NCBI GenBank assembly: GCA_944391335.1
Contig: CALXTF010000005.1
Location: forward strand, 7,076 to 71,075
From: an uncultured Alphaproteobacteria bacterium
GTDB taxonomy: Bacteria > Pseudomonadota > Alphaproteobacteria > RF32 > CAG-239
Reading direction: 5' to 3'
DNA: 64,000 bases
Shown: piece after piece, positions 27,348-37,792 of the stretch
Layout of the letters: each line of letters starts with the position of its first letter
Position numbering within the stretch: position 1 is the first letter of the stretch
Made by a program: the position numbers and the translations under genes
The notes under the pieces: generated by a model
What the model saw: the letters and a program-made list of their open reading frames with translations, nothing else
Databases searched by the model: none
What the model was told of the DNA's origin: nothing

Positions 27348-30300
27348 TGTTTTCTGAGTATTTTATTGATCGTCCGAGATTTGCCGGTGTTATTTCAATT
27401 ATTATGATCTTATTAGGATTATTGGCTATTGTCGTATTACCTATATCTCAATATCCTGAAATTACACCTCCTCAGATTGTGATTAGTACGAATTATCCGG
27501 GTGCAAGTGCTAAAGTTCTTATTGATACCGTGGCTGTCCCTCTGGAAAACCAGATTAATGGTGTTGAAGATATGCTCTATATGACATCAAGTTCAAATGA
27601 TGACGGAAGCTATAAATTAACAATAACTTTTAATATCGGCACTAATTCGGATATTGCACAGGTTAAAGTTCAAAATCGTTTGAACCAAGTTATGTCTCAA
27701 TTGCCTGAAATCGTTCAACAACAAGGACTAGAAGTAACAACTCAAATGTCAAATATGTTGGCTTTACTTGTATTAAGATCTCCAAATAACACATATGATG
27801 ATCTTTTTTTAAGTAATTATGCTTATGCTAATTTAAAAAATCCGCTTTCTCGTGTCGATGGTATCGGTGATGTGCAAATTTTCGGTCCTCAATATAGTAT
27901 GCGGATTTGGCTTAATTTAGAAAAATTATCATCTCTTAAACTCAGCAGTTCGGATATTGTACAAGTCATTGAAAGTCAAAATGTTCAAGCTTCTGTCGGA
28001 AGTATTGGGGCTGCTCCAAGTCCGAAAGGAAATAATCAAGTCTTATCACTTACGGCAAAAGGATTGTTAAATACCGTAGATGATTTTAACAATATTATTG
28101 TTACAACTTCTGAAAATGGCGGTATCATTCGCTTAAAAGATGTTGCCCGCATTGAATTGGGAGCGGATTCTTATACCATGAACGCTAAATTTGATAATTC
28201 GCCGGCGGTAATTATGTCTTTAAGTCAAACGCCGGGATCAAACTCTCTTGATATTATGGATGACGTTGCTAAAACGGTTGATGAATTACAAAAAACTTTT
28301 GAAGATGATATGAAATTAAAAATTGCTTATGATTCAACACTTTATGTCAGATCTTCAATTGCCGGTATTATTGAAACTTTGATTATTACATTTTCTCTTG
28401 TCGTTTTAGTAACCTATATTTTCTTACAAAAAGCGAAAACAACATTAATCCCTTTAATTACAATTCCGGTATCTTTAATTGCTACTTTTGGTGTTATTTA
28501 TATTTTGGGATTTGATATTAATATTCTGACATTATTTGCTATGATTTTAGCAATAGGATTAGTTGTTGATGATGCAATTATTGTTGTTGAACGTGTGCAA
28601 TATTTAATGACATATGAAAATATGGATTCTCATTCGGCGGCAATTAAAGCCATGAGCCAGATTGGAAGTGCTATTGTGGCAACAACTTTTGTTTTATTAT
28701 CAATTTTTGTACCGGTAGGATTAATGGCCGGTATTACCGGAAAAATTTATCAACAATTTGCGGTAACCATAGCGACGGCAATTGTTTTTTCCGCTTTTAA
28801 TGCCTTAACTCTTAGTCCTTCTTTATGTTCTATTTTCTTAAAAAACAGCGTGGTTGAAAATCCTCATGGATTTTTTAAATGGTTCGATGATTTAATTGAA
28901 CGTTTAAAAACAATATATCTTGATGGTGTGCGTATTTTTGTCGTTAGGCCTTTGGTTACAATAGGAATAACTTTAGTTATGATTTGTTTATTAATCATCG
29001 GCTTTAGATTAACACCGACATCTTTTTTACCAGATGAAGATCAAGGAATTATTTTTGCAAATCTTCAATTATCGGATACTTCTAGTATTAACCAGACCAA
29101 TGAAATCTTAAAACAAATAGCTGATAAAGCAATGAAAATCGACGGGGTAAATTATTTTATTAGTGTCGCAGGATATAGTATGTTAGGAGGATCCGGTGAA
29201 AATGTAGCCATGGGGGTTATTGGACTTGAACCTTGGGATAAAAGAACAACAACAAATTTATCAATTGAAGCAATTCTTTCTCGTTTACGCGCGGCAACGG
29301 CAGATATAAAAACAGCTGATATTAATTACTTCATGCCGCCTGCTATTCCGGGAATTGGCAACAGCAGCGGGTTGTCTTTTGAATTTTTAGCTATTGATCA
29401 AAATCTTTCTTCAAGTGAAATGTTTGGTCGTTTGCAAAAATTTTTGGAACAATTAAATACCAATCCAAATATTGCTTATGCTTTTAGCGTCTATACAGCT
29501 GATACATCTCATATTTTTTTGGATATAGATCGTACAAAACTTGAAAGTTACCAGATTAATGTATCCAATTTATTTGAAACATTACAAAATAATCTTGGCT
29601 CTCGATATGTTAATAATATTACTTTAACCGGACAAGTTAATAAAGTTATTATTCAAGCTGATTATCTCTATCGCGGTAATGTCGATGATGTAAAAAATAT
29701 GTATGTTCGTTCAAATAATGGTCAAATGATAAAAATAGGCAGTTTCGCTGATGTGAAAATTGTTATGCTGCCTAAAATTATTAATCGCTATAATCAATAT
29801 ACTGATGCTTCAATTACCGCTGAAGCTGCTGAAAATATTAGTACAGGCACGGCTATTAACGCGGTTGAAAAAATAGCAAATGATTTACTCGATCCTGCTG
29901 ATTACCGTATTGCTTGGACTGGTTTAAGTTTGCAAGAAGTGGAAGCCGCCGGTTTAGTCGTTTTCTTAATTATTTTAGCAATGGTTTTTTGTTATTTGTT
30001 CCTTGTTGCTTTATATGAAAGTTGGATGCTTGCTTTTTCGGTGATGTTCTCAACTATTTTTGCTATTTTTGGCGCATTAATAGGTTTATACTTAATGGCG
30101 CAACCTTTAAGTATTTATGCTCAATTAGGATTGGTCATGCTGATTGGTTTGGCTGCAAAAAATGCAATTTTAATTGTGGAATTTACTAAGGATTATCGAG
30201 AACAAGGAAATAGTATTCTTGAGGCTTCATTAAAAGGTGCTTCGGAACGTTTTCGCGCGGTATTAATGACGGCTTTGACTTTTATCCTTGGTGTTTTCCC

Positions 30301-30538
30301 TATGGTCGTGGCCAAGGGAGCGGGTGCATCAAGTCAGATTGCTATCGGAACATCCGTATTTTTTGGTATGATCGCGGCTACTATTATTGGTATTGTTTTT
30401 ATTCCTGCTTATTTTGCCTTGTTTGAAAATATTAAGGAATATGCCGGATATAAAAAATCTTTACCTGCAAAAATCATGCATGAAAATTCAAATACTTCTC
30501 AAGTAACGAATAAGCTTCGCAACAAAGGAGAAAAATAA
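27347..30538 (+). CDS. RND efflux permease (AcrB/HAE1-like)
   Basis: About 1060 aa with 12 TM helices. '[13 protein letters not shown]' N-terminus. '[14 protein letters not shown]' and '[13 protein letters not shown]' are conserved TM4/TM10 motifs. Confidence 0.93.
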   Translation: MFSEYFIDRPRFAGVISIIMILLGLLAIVVLPISQYPEITPPQIVISTNYPGASAKVLIDTVAVPLENQINGVEDMLYMTSSSNDDGSYKLTITFNIGTNSDIAQVKVQNRLNQVMSQLPEIVQQQGLEVTTQMSNMLALLVLRSPNNTYDDLFLSNYAYANLKNPLSRVDGIGDVQIFGPQYSMRIWLNLEKLSSLKLSSSDIVQVIESQNVQASVGSIGAAPSPKGNNQVLSLTAKGLLNTVDDFNNIIVTTSENGGIIRLKDVARIELGADSYTMNAKFDNSPAVIMSLSQTPGSNSLDIMDDVAKTVDELQKTFEDDMKLKIAYDSTLYVRSSIAGIIETLIITFSLVVLVTYIFLQKAKTTLIPLITIPVSLIATFGVIYILGFDINILTLFAMILAIGLVVDDAIIVVERVQYLMTYENMDSHSAAIKAMSQIGSAIVATTFVLLSIFVPVGLMAGITGKIYQQFAVTIATAIVFSAFNALTLSPSLCSIFLKNSVVENPHGFFKWFDDLIERLKTIYLDGVRIFVVRPLVTIGITLVMICLLIIGFRLTPTSFLPDEDQGIIFANLQLSDTSSINQTNEILKQIADKAMKIDGVNYFISVAGYSMLGGSGENVAMGVIGLEPWDKRTTTNLSIEAILSRLRAATADIKTADINYFMPPAIPGIGNSSGLSFEFLAIDQNLSSSEMFGRLQKFLEQLNTNPNIAYAFSVYTADTSHIFLDIDRTKLESYQINVSNLFETLQNNLGSRYVNNITLTGQVNKVIIQADYLYRGNVDDVKNMYVRSNNGQMIKIGSFADVKIVMLPKIINRYNQYTDASITAEAAENISTGTAINAVEKIANDLLDPADYRIAWTGLSLQEVEAAGLVVFLIILAMVFCYLFLVALYESWMLAFSVMFSTIFAIFGALIGLYLMAQPLSIYAQLGLVMLIGLAAKNAILIVEFTKDYREQGNSILEASLKGASERFRAVLMTALTFILGVFPMVVAKGAGASSQIAIGTSVFFGMIAATIIGIVFIPAYFALFENIKEYAGYKKSLPAKIMHENSNTSQVTNKLRNKGEK

Positions 30539-31935
30539 TGAGAAAATATATTTTGTTGTCGATTATATTGCTATTTGTTTTTTCTTGTACAGTAGGACCT
30601 GATTATGTGAAACCGGAATTTTTTGATAATCAAAAATTGATAAAAACTTTAAATGTTAATCAACAACAGGTAAAACCAATATCTTTACAATGGTACGAAC
30701 AATTTGATGATAAAATACTTAATCAAATGATACAACAAGCATTATTAAATAGTCCAAATGTTCAAATCGCTATACAAAAATTAAAACAGGCTCGTTATTC
30801 CTTAATGATTAATCAAACGGAATTTTTACCTCAGTTAAATGCAAACGGTGGATATGAATATAATTATTTGGCTGAACAAGGAAGAACATCTCAAGCAAAG
30901 GAAGATTTTTATAAAGCCGGATTCGATGCTGCTTGGGAAATAGATATTTGGGGAGGCGGACGCAGATTAAATGAAGAAAATCTGGCTTTAATGAAGGCGG
31001 CTGCCGATAATCTTTCTGATGTCATGTTATCAATGACTGCTGAAGTGGCTAATGATTATATTAATTTAAGGACAATTCAAGAGCAATTAAAAATCACAAA
31101 AGAAAATTTATTGTTGCAACAAAAAATTTATCAAACAGTTAAGGAAAAATATGCTAACGGTTTGACTGATGATACAGCATTGTATCAAGCCGATTATGCC
31201 GTTGAACAAACTAAAGCGTTATTACCTTCTTTGCAACAACAAGAAGAAAATTATCTAAATGCTTTAGCTGTTTTATTGGGTGTTTTACCGGGAGATATTC
31301 CGGAATTAAATATACATGAAAATAATATTATTACTAAATCCTTTGTTTTTCATTTAGAAAATTTATATAATTTTCCGATTTCCGTTATTCGCAATAGACC
31401 AGATGTGCGAATGGCTGAAAATAATTTAATAGCGAAAAATGCGCTTATCGGTCAAGCTGTTGCTGATTTATTCCCTAATGTCAGTATTAGCGGAACTTTG
31501 GGATGGCAGACAAACAATTTTTCTGATCTTTTATCTTCATCATCGGCGGCATATGGTTTTACACCTTCTGTTTCCTTGCCCTTGTTTAATTTCGGCAAAT
31601 TAATTAATCAAGTTAAATTAAACGAAGAAGTAAAAGAAGAATATGTCTATATATATAAAAATACTTTATTGACGGCTGTCGAAGAAACAAAAAACGCTAT
31701 TGTCGCTGTTAAAAAAGAATATGAAAAAAATCAATCTTTATCAAATTCTGTGCGCAATATGCAAAATGTGTTATCTTCAATGCAATATAAATATAGACAA
31801 GGTTTAATAGAATTTAGTGATTTATTGACGGCAGAGCAAAATTTATTAACGGCTCAAAATGATTTAGCCGCTTCAAATGGTAATATTTATCTTAATATTA
31901 TCAGTTTTTATAAGGCAATAGGCGGTGGATATTGA
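30538..31935 (+). CDS. Efflux outer-membrane factor lipoprotein (NodT/OprM family)
   Basis: Lipobox 'VFSCTVGPDY', 'WEIDIWGGGRR' and two OEP repeats. TAATG coupling to the pump. Confidence 0.88.
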   Translation: MRKYILLSIILLFVFSCTVGPDYVKPEFFDNQKLIKTLNVNQQQVKPISLQWYEQFDDKILNQMIQQALLNSPNVQIAIQKLKQARYSLMINQTEFLPQLNANGGYEYNYLAEQGRTSQAKEDFYKAGFDAAWEIDIWGGGRRLNEENLALMKAAADNLSDVMLSMTAEVANDYINLRTIQEQLKITKENLLLQQKIYQTVKEKYANGLTDDTALYQADYAVEQTKALLPSLQQQEENYLNALAVLLGVLPGDIPELNIHENNIITKSFVFHLENLYNFPISVIRNRPDVRMAENNLIAKNALIGQAVADLFPNVSISGTLGWQTNNFSDLLSSSSAAYGFTPSVSLPLFNFGKLINQVKLNEEVKEEYVYIYKNTLLTAVEETKNAIVAVKKEYEKNQSLSNSVRNMQNVLSSMQYKYRQGLIEFSDLLTAEQNLLTAQNDLAASNGNIYLNIISFYKAIGGGY

Positions 31936-31936
31936 T

Positions 31937-32371
31937 TTATTGTTTAGGACGCCCATATACATGAATATTGGTAATGGTTGGAATTTCATAAGAACGAATG
32001 TTGTAACCTTTTTTATGCATACATTCACTATAATCATCGGCGTCAACCTCAGAATCATCGCGTAAATAGTTAATGATTATGGGTTGTGCGCCGGGATAAG
32101 GTATATAAGTAGCCCAAATACCTTTTTCGGCATCCCAATCTGCGCGAGTAGCTACTTTTTGTTTTTCGCTGTAGAATATGGAATGCCATAAAGTGCGTAT
32201 TCTTGGCATCATGCTAAAAGCTTCTGCTTCTCGCATACAGGTATTGTGGTCGCGAGCGAATTTTTCAACACCGGTATTATATCTTTCCCAATGGTATACC
32301 ATTTGTCCTTTACCGGAAGAACAGGCTGAAATTAAAAGTAAAGCGGTAAGAGAATATAATATTTTTTTCAT
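31937..32371 (-). CDS. Hypothetical lipoprotein
   Basis: The ATG at 32371 gives 'MKKILYSLTALLLISACSS' with a lipobox. No family recognised. Confidence 0.5.
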   Translation of the reverse strand: MKKILYSLTALLLISACSSGKGQMVYHWERYNTGVEKFARDHNTCMREAEAFSMMPRIRTLWHSIFYSEKQKVATRADWDAEKGIWATYIPYPGAQPIIINYLRDDSEVDADDYSECMHKKGYNIRSYEIPTITNIHVYGRPKQ

Positions 32372-32372
32372 A

Positions 32373-33038
32373 TCAAAAATCCAAATTTGCATAATGTTTA
32401 GCGGGAAGTATCCCTTTTATGTTATCTTTTAGAATGTCCTTAAAACTTGGACGCGACTTAATTTTTGAATACCATAATTTAGCGTTTTTATATCCTTCCC
32501 AAGGAACATCTCCCAGATAATCAATAATAGAAAGTTGAGCGGCGGCGCAGATATCGGCTAAAGAAAAATGATCTCCCGCAAGATAATTTCTTGATTCGCA
32601 TAGCCAATCAATATATTCCATATGAAAATTTAAATTGTTATAAGCCGTTTTTAAATGTTGAGAATCAGGAGCTTGTTTATTGGCAAAACGTTTATATATT
32701 TTTTCGTTTATTAAATTACGGGAGACTTCTTTTTCAAATTTTAAGTCAAACCATTCGCAAAGTCTGCGAATTTCCGCTTTTTGTTTTGCATCACCTATAA
32801 TTAGGGGAGAATCATGATTAATTTCTTCTAAAAATTCGCTGATTGCGTAATTGCCGGAAATAACATTCCCATCAAAAATAAAGATGGGTAATTCACCGGC
32901 AACATTTAATTTATAAACTTGTGATGATAAATTCCATGGTTCTTCTTCTTTTAATACATGTAATATATGCTTTTCCGCCATCATTAAGCGGATTTTTCGC
33001 GATGCGGCAGATACCGGATGATGTATTAAAAGAACCAT
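32373..33038 (-). CDS. Glutathione S-transferase family protein
   Basis: Thioredoxin-like N-terminal domain ('ELPIFIFDGNVISGNYAISEFLEE') plus a helical C-terminal domain. 221 aa. Confidence 0.75.
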   Translation of the reverse strand: MVLLIHHPVSAASRKIRLMMAEKHILHVLKEEEPWNLSSQVYKLNVAGELPIFIFDGNVISGNYAISEFLEEINHDSPLIIGDAKQKAEIRRLCEWFDLKFEKEVSRNLINEKIYKRFANKQAPDSQHLKTAYNNLNFHMEYIDWLCESRNYLAGDHFSLADICAAAQLSIIDYLGDVPWEGYKNAKLWYSKIKSRPSFKDILKDNIKGILPAKHYANLDF

Positions 33039-33109
33039 ATAATGTCACCTCTTTGTAATTTTATTTTTTATAATTTAGCAAGTTGTTTTATTTAGGTCAA
33101 GTCTTTGCG

Positions 33110-33991
33110 TTATTTGTTTTCTTCTTTTTGATTGTTTTGTATTTTATTTGGGATATCTTCAACAGTTTTATAGGTTGGCGGTACTGTGCCGGCATAATCT
33201 TTAATAGCCTTATTAACAAGATCTATCATATCTTGCTTAATCCTTTGCGGTGTTTCTTGTTTAGACATTAATTGAGTTAAGGTATGTGATAAATATTCTC
33301 GATGAAAGGACATCTTTGAAATACCTATGAACATAGGGATTGTCCATAGACTTTGTTTAGAAAAGGCCACTTGTTGTCTTAATCCAAGTTTAGCTGTTTC
33401 AATGGTGCCAAAATAAATACTAGTCAAAATATAATCTATTTCCCCTCTAATTAATTTCCCGTATAGGTCATATGAATTGTCAATATATTCTATTTTTAGT
33501 TGTTTAATTTTGTTATTAATATAATCGCTAAAACGTTCTTTACTGTGAATAGCTCCTTTAAGGTTGGTCAAATCGGAAGGAGTGTGGATTTTGTTTATTT
33601 GTTCTGGCAGCATTACAATATGTATGGGATTATCAATTGCTGCCGGATAGATGATTTTGATATCGTTATATAAGCTGGTATCACCATATATACCAAGCAA
33701 TACGTCGATTTCTTTATGCCTTGCCATTTCGCGAACAGTATCTTCATAATTGGTTGATATTGGAGCCCAATCAACCGTATATTGAGCAGAACGTGCGTAA
33801 TCCCTTAAAAAAGGTTCGAAAACACCGGTATAGACATTATTTTCATATTTTCCAAAAGGATAATAATCAAAAAAACCTGTTACCGTTAGTTTTTCAGTTC
33901 GGTTATTTTTGATTTGTTCAAATTCAACTTGAGCAAATGCGGAGGAAATATAAATTAATAGAAATAAGGTTACAGTAAATAATTTTTTCAT
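33110..33991 (-). CDS. Periplasmic substrate-binding protein (SBP family 3-like), orphan
   Basis: Signal peptide, about 290 aa, and a two-lobe alpha/beta pattern ('EIDYILTS'). No ABC partners are adjacent. The family call is tentative. Confidence 0.45.
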   Translation of the reverse strand: MKKLFTVTLFLLIYISSAFAQVEFEQIKNNRTEKLTVTGFFDYYPFGKYENNVYTGVFEPFLRDYARSAQYTVDWAPISTNYEDTVREMARHKEIDVLLGIYGDTSLYNDIKIIYPAAIDNPIHIVMLPEQINKIHTPSDLTNLKGAIHSKERFSDYINNKIKQLKIEYIDNSYDLYGKLIRGEIDYILTSIYFGTIETAKLGLRQQVAFSKQSLWTIPMFIGISKMSFHREYLSHTLTQLMSKQETPQRIKQDMIDLVNKAIKDYAGTVPPTYKTVEDIPNKIQNNQKEENK

Positions 33992-34003
33992 ATCTTTCTC
34001 CTG

Positions 34004-34912
34004 TTAATGATTTCTATTAATAATATAAGATGCAAGGTCTTTTAGATTTTGTGCGCGGGGACCAAACATTGTGATGTCCGCTTGGGCCGCTTGAATTAAA
34101 TCAACGGCTATTTGTCGAGAGGTGTCTAATCCATAAAGACTGACAAAAGTCATTTTATTTTGATTTTCATCTTTATGTAATGTTTTTCCGACAGTTCTTT
34201 CATCACCTGTAACATCAAGAATATCATCGGCAATTTGAAAAGCTATACCAATTCGACGTGAGTAATTGATTAAAGCTTTTAATTCTTCTTCATTTGCACC
34301 GCCTAAAACAGCTCCGGCTTCAACGGCGTAACGTAGGAGCCTTCCGGTTTTCATTTCTTCAATTCGTTTGATTAAATCTTCTTGATCGTCTTTTCTTATA
34401 CTATAAGCAGATCCAATCAGATCCAACATTTGACCGGCAACCATACCGTTAAAAGCACCAGCGGCATTTGCCAACATTTCTATCAAACGACATCGAATTT
34501 GACAATTTGACACTGTTGATGGACGGCTCATGATTTCAAATGCATAAGTTAAAAGACCGTCTCCGGCAATAATCGCCGTGGCTTCGTCAAATTGTTTATG
34601 ACAGGTTGGAAAACCTCGACGTAAATCATCATTATCCATTGCCGGCAGGTCATCATGAATAAGAGAATATGTATGCAGCATTTCAAGAGCCATAGCTGTA
34701 TTTAGTGAATTTTCAAAACTAACACCAAACAAACCAGCGGTTTCATATACCAAAAAAGGTCGTAAACGCTTACCTCCTCGTGTAAGAGAATAATGCATTG
34801 CTTCGCTGACACGTCTTTCATCTCCTTGTGGAAATGTAAAATATCTTGCAATTTCTTGATTAAAACGAAGAGCATATTCTTTTAATATATCTTTTATATC
34901 TTTTTTAAGCAT
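34004..34912 (-). CDS. ispA: Farnesyl diphosphate synthase
   Basis: FARM 'LIHDDLPAMDNDDLRRG' and SARM 'FQIADDILD'. The ATG at 34912 overlaps the xseB stop (ATGCTTAA). Confidence 0.92.
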   Translation of the reverse strand: MLKKDIKDILKEYALRFNQEIARYFTFPQGDERRVSEAMHYSLTRGGKRLRPFLVYETAGLFGVSFENSLNTAMALEMLHTYSLIHDDLPAMDNDDLRRGFPTCHKQFDEATAIIAGDGLLTYAFEIMSRPSTVSNCQIRCRLIEMLANAAGAFNGMVAGQMLDLIGSAYSIRKDDQEDLIKRIEEMKTGRLLRYAVEAGAVLGGANEEELKALINYSRRIGIAFQIADDILDVTGDERTVGKTLHKDENQNKMTFVSLYGLDTSRQIAVDLIQAAQADITMFGPRAQNLKDLASYIINRNH

Positions 34913-35150
34913 TTTCTTTATCCAAAGCACCGAGAGAAAGAGAATTATTTTCTTTTATTTCAATTTTTTCTATTTTCATTTTTGCATCATAAAGTTTTTC
35001 TTCGCAAATTTTTTTTAATTTAATTGCTTTTTCATAGGCTTTAACGGCATCATCAAGTTTTATTTTACCTGCTTCCATTTCTCGAACAATGTTTTCTAAT
35101 TGCATAAGAGCTTGTTCAAAATCCGGTTGTTTATTTTCTTCCTCTGTCAT
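34905..35150 (-). CDS. xseB: Exodeoxyribonuclease VII small subunit
   Basis: 'FEQALMQLENIVREME.G...LDDAVKAYEKAIKL' is a typical XseB helix hairpin. xseB-ispA synteny. Confidence 0.88.
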   Translation of the reverse strand: MTEEENKQPDFEQALMQLENIVREMEAGKIKLDDAVKAYEKAIKLKKICEEKLYDAKMKIEKIEIKENNSLSLGALDKENA

Positions 35151-35259
35151 CTTTTTTACTCCTTATTTGAATAATAAACAATATTATTAGTTTAATTTAT
35201 AAATTTCAATACTAAATACTCTAGCAGATATTTCTGTCATTTGTATGAGGAGTAATAAA

Positions 35260-35538
35260 ATGGAAAATCCTGCCGTTAAAAAAGGTTCTAAATTATTTAA
35301 ATTTTTAAGCAATAAAAAACGATTAGAAGTTGTGTATATACTTCGCGACGGGGAAAAAAAAGTTAGAGAATTAGAAAAAATCGTTGGTCTAAGTCAATCG
35401 GCATTATCGCAACATTTGGCTATTTTACGCACAGCGGGAATTGTGGAAACCAATCGTCAGGCTCAAACTGTTTTTTATTCCATCAAGAGTCGTGATGTCA
35501 TTTATTTATTAAAATTGTTGGATGATATGTATAATTAA
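35260..35538 (+). CDS. ArsR/SmtB-family transcriptional regulator
   Basis: Winged helix-turn-helix: 'VRELEKIVGLSQSALSQHLAILRTAGIVETNRQAQTVFYSI'. The ATG at 35260 is preceded by AGGAG. Confidence 0.8.
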   Translation: MENPAVKKGSKLFKFLSNKKRLEVVYILRDGEKKVRELEKIVGLSQSALSQHLAILRTAGIVETNRQAQTVFYSIKSRDVIYLLKLLDDMYN

Positions 35539-35572
35539 AAAAATCTTCTCTTTTTATAAGAGAAGATTTTTT
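35537..35572. terminator. Bidirectional terminator between the ArsR gene and the T4CP gene
   Basis: Stem 35538-35552 with 35558-35572 (A-run + ATCTTCTCTT / AAGAGAAGAT + T-run) and a TTTAT loop. Confidence 0.7.
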
Positions 35573-35593
35573 AGCAATATATTAGATTAGAGA

Positions 35594-37780
35594 TTAAGCT
35601 GTTTGATTTGCTTCATCTGTTTCGTTTAATCCGAGTTTTTCCAACATATTATCATTAATATCCTCACGTTGGGCAACGATCCATTCCGGAACGTTGGGAG
35701 CGGTTGGAATTTTTGCCATTGCGCGCATTTTGGGATCCAAATACCAACGTGGCGAATCGGCAAGTATCGGACGATCAATATAACTTTGAAAAAGAACGAC
35801 CTGCTTAAGCATGGGTAAGCTTAATAATTGTGATGCTGTAATAACCGAAACTCCCTGTAATTGATAACTAACATTCTTGGAAAAAGGGTTCGCTTGCTTA
35901 GAAAATCCTTCTTGTTTGGAATAAGAAGATGTTTGTACGGTTTTATTACCGATCATTTTAGAAAAACGTTGAGCTGTGACTTCATTATTTTGAGATAAGA
36001 TAATTTTGCATGCTGTTGTTGAAATAACAGTTTCCAAATCATCTTTGCCATATTTACCCGAAATTTGTCCTAAGTCTTGTCCAATCAATAAGTATGAAAC
36101 TTTTTGACCACGACCAACAGCAGGACCGTCAATAACGGCTTTAAGTTTTGGCATTTGCGGAAATTCATCCAAAACAAACAAAGCAGGGAAGGGACCCATT
36201 TTCCCATCGGTGGGGTTAACATAATTAGGCGGATTGGATATCAAATATGAAGACATTAATTCGATAAAAATACCGCTAATAACGCCTAATGCACGAGCAT
36301 CAACCTGATTAATCGATAAATATACAGAAATGGGTTTCCATTCTCCGGTAATTGGATCTTTTATACCTCGCAAATCTTTAAATTGTAAATCGGAAAAACT
36401 GGTACGAGAGACTACCGCTGAGTTTTTAAATACACCAATACCTGCAAATGCGGTAGACATAACAGATCCACGTTCTTTATCCGGCATGTTGCTTAAAGTC
36501 GATAATTCTGTATACGCCCGTTGGGAATAACCATATTTTCTTGCTTCTTCAATAGCCTCATCAAGTAAATCGCGCATAGGATCAGCCATTGCCGCCATTT
36601 GATCGCCTTCGGCCAATCGCCGCTTTATTTCTTGTCCTTGTTTAATTTGAGCTTCAGTCAGCCATTCCATAATCATAGCAATACAAGCTTCACGTCCCAC
36701 CCATTTTTCGGGAAGTAAATTCCATGTACCTATCGGGACATAATTTTCAACAGTCAATTTGTTGTTGTGTAAATCATTGATAGCTCGAGAAGCAGCTGGA
36801 TTATGCAATTTAATATCCTCGTAATAACCTTCTAGAACTTGTTTATCTTCATCATCAAGTTTTCCTTCATAAATTTTCCCGATAAAATAATCATTAGCGC
36901 GAGCTTTTTCACATTTAGAGGCTATAAAGTGGATAAAACCGGTTAAGGCGGCGCGTCCTGTTTGCGACCAGTGGGGATCAGCTCCTCCTTTAGGATCTTC
37001 CACTAAAATATTGCACATAGAATCGATATACATATCTCGTCCAGGACCTGGGGCTGGCAATGCTGTTGGGGATAAAGGATTCCAACTTGGATAATATATG
37101 CCTTCAGCCGGATTGTCTTCAGCACCCCAGTTAATTATAAATACAGGACCTTCTTTAGCGCGAGCGCCGGAAGTATTAAAACATAATTCCGGTTTAGGAT
37201 CATTAATGACAAGACTTAAGCCTTTTGAATTAAATATAGTCGGAATAACAACGCCGGCGGTTTTACCGGTTCCCGGAGGGGCACAGCATAAAGTTGATAA
37301 TGTTTCCGGTAATTTTAAATAATAACCTTTAAATTTACCTATAACCATGCAAAAACCATCCAAGAGTTTCATGGCTTTAATGTCTTTTAAGGTGGCAATA
37401 CGACCGGAACCATGAATGTTAGATTGAAAACGATAGGGATTTGTAACTGCTCCGATAATTAAACCGGCCGGTAAAGCAATAATCGGTAAAATAGGAAGCC
37501 ACAATGCAAAACTAAAGGAACCATGATGATTGCTTATTTGTTGCATCCAATTCCAATAACGTGAAAATAAATAAGATGGGTCACTTGCTATCATTCCCAT
37601 AAATTTACTGACGTTATCCATGCTTTCTTTAGAAATTCCGTTACCAATGATATATCCTAGCGGCATAGAAATAACGGCAAAAAATATTGTGACCAGAAGT
37701 GTAAAGATAACAGTCAACGACATCCATTGCACTGCGTGATCATATTCTTCCCATTCTTCTCCTCTTTTTTGTAATCCCAT
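35594..37780 (-). CDS. Type IV secretion coupling protein (VirD4/TraG family)
   Basis: Two N-terminal TM helices. 'HGSGRIA' (compare HGSARWA). Walker A 'APPGTGKTAGVVIPT'. 'DPHWSQTGRAAL'. Walker B-like 'LFVLDEFPQMPKL'. 'LLIGQDLGQISGKYG'. AAGAGG ribosome-binding site. Confidence 0.88.
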   Translation of the reverse strand: MGLQKRGEEWEEYDHAVQWMSLTVIFTLLVTIFFAVISMPLGYIIGNGISKESMDNVSKFMGMIASDPSYLFSRYWNWMQQISNHHGSFSFALWLPILPIIALPAGLIIGAVTNPYRFQSNIHGSGRIATLKDIKAMKLLDGFCMVIGKFKGYYLKLPETLSTLCCAPPGTGKTAGVVIPTIFNSKGLSLVINDPKPELCFNTSGARAKEGPVFIINWGAEDNPAEGIYYPSWNPLSPTALPAPGPGRDMYIDSMCNILVEDPKGGADPHWSQTGRAALTGFIHFIASKCEKARANDYFIGKIYEGKLDDEDKQVLEGYYEDIKLHNPAASRAINDLHNNKLTVENYVPIGTWNLLPEKWVGREACIAMIMEWLTEAQIKQGQEIKRRLAEGDQMAAMADPMRDLLDEAIEEARKYGYSQRAYTELSTLSNMPDKERGSVMSTAFAGIGVFKNSAVVSRTSFSDLQFKDLRGIKDPITGEWKPISVYLSINQVDARALGVISGIFIELMSSYLISNPPNYVNPTDGKMGPFPALFVLDEFPQMPKLKAVIDGPAVGRGQKVSYLLIGQDLGQISGKYGKDDLETVISTTACKIILSQNNEVTAQRFSKMIGNKTVQTSSYSKQEGFSKQANPFSKNVSYQLQGVSVITASQLLSLPMLKQVVLFQSYIDRPILADSPRWYLDPKMRAMAKIPTAPNVPEWIVAQREDINDNMLEKLGLNETDEANQTA

Positions 37781-37792
37781 TTTTTTTACCTC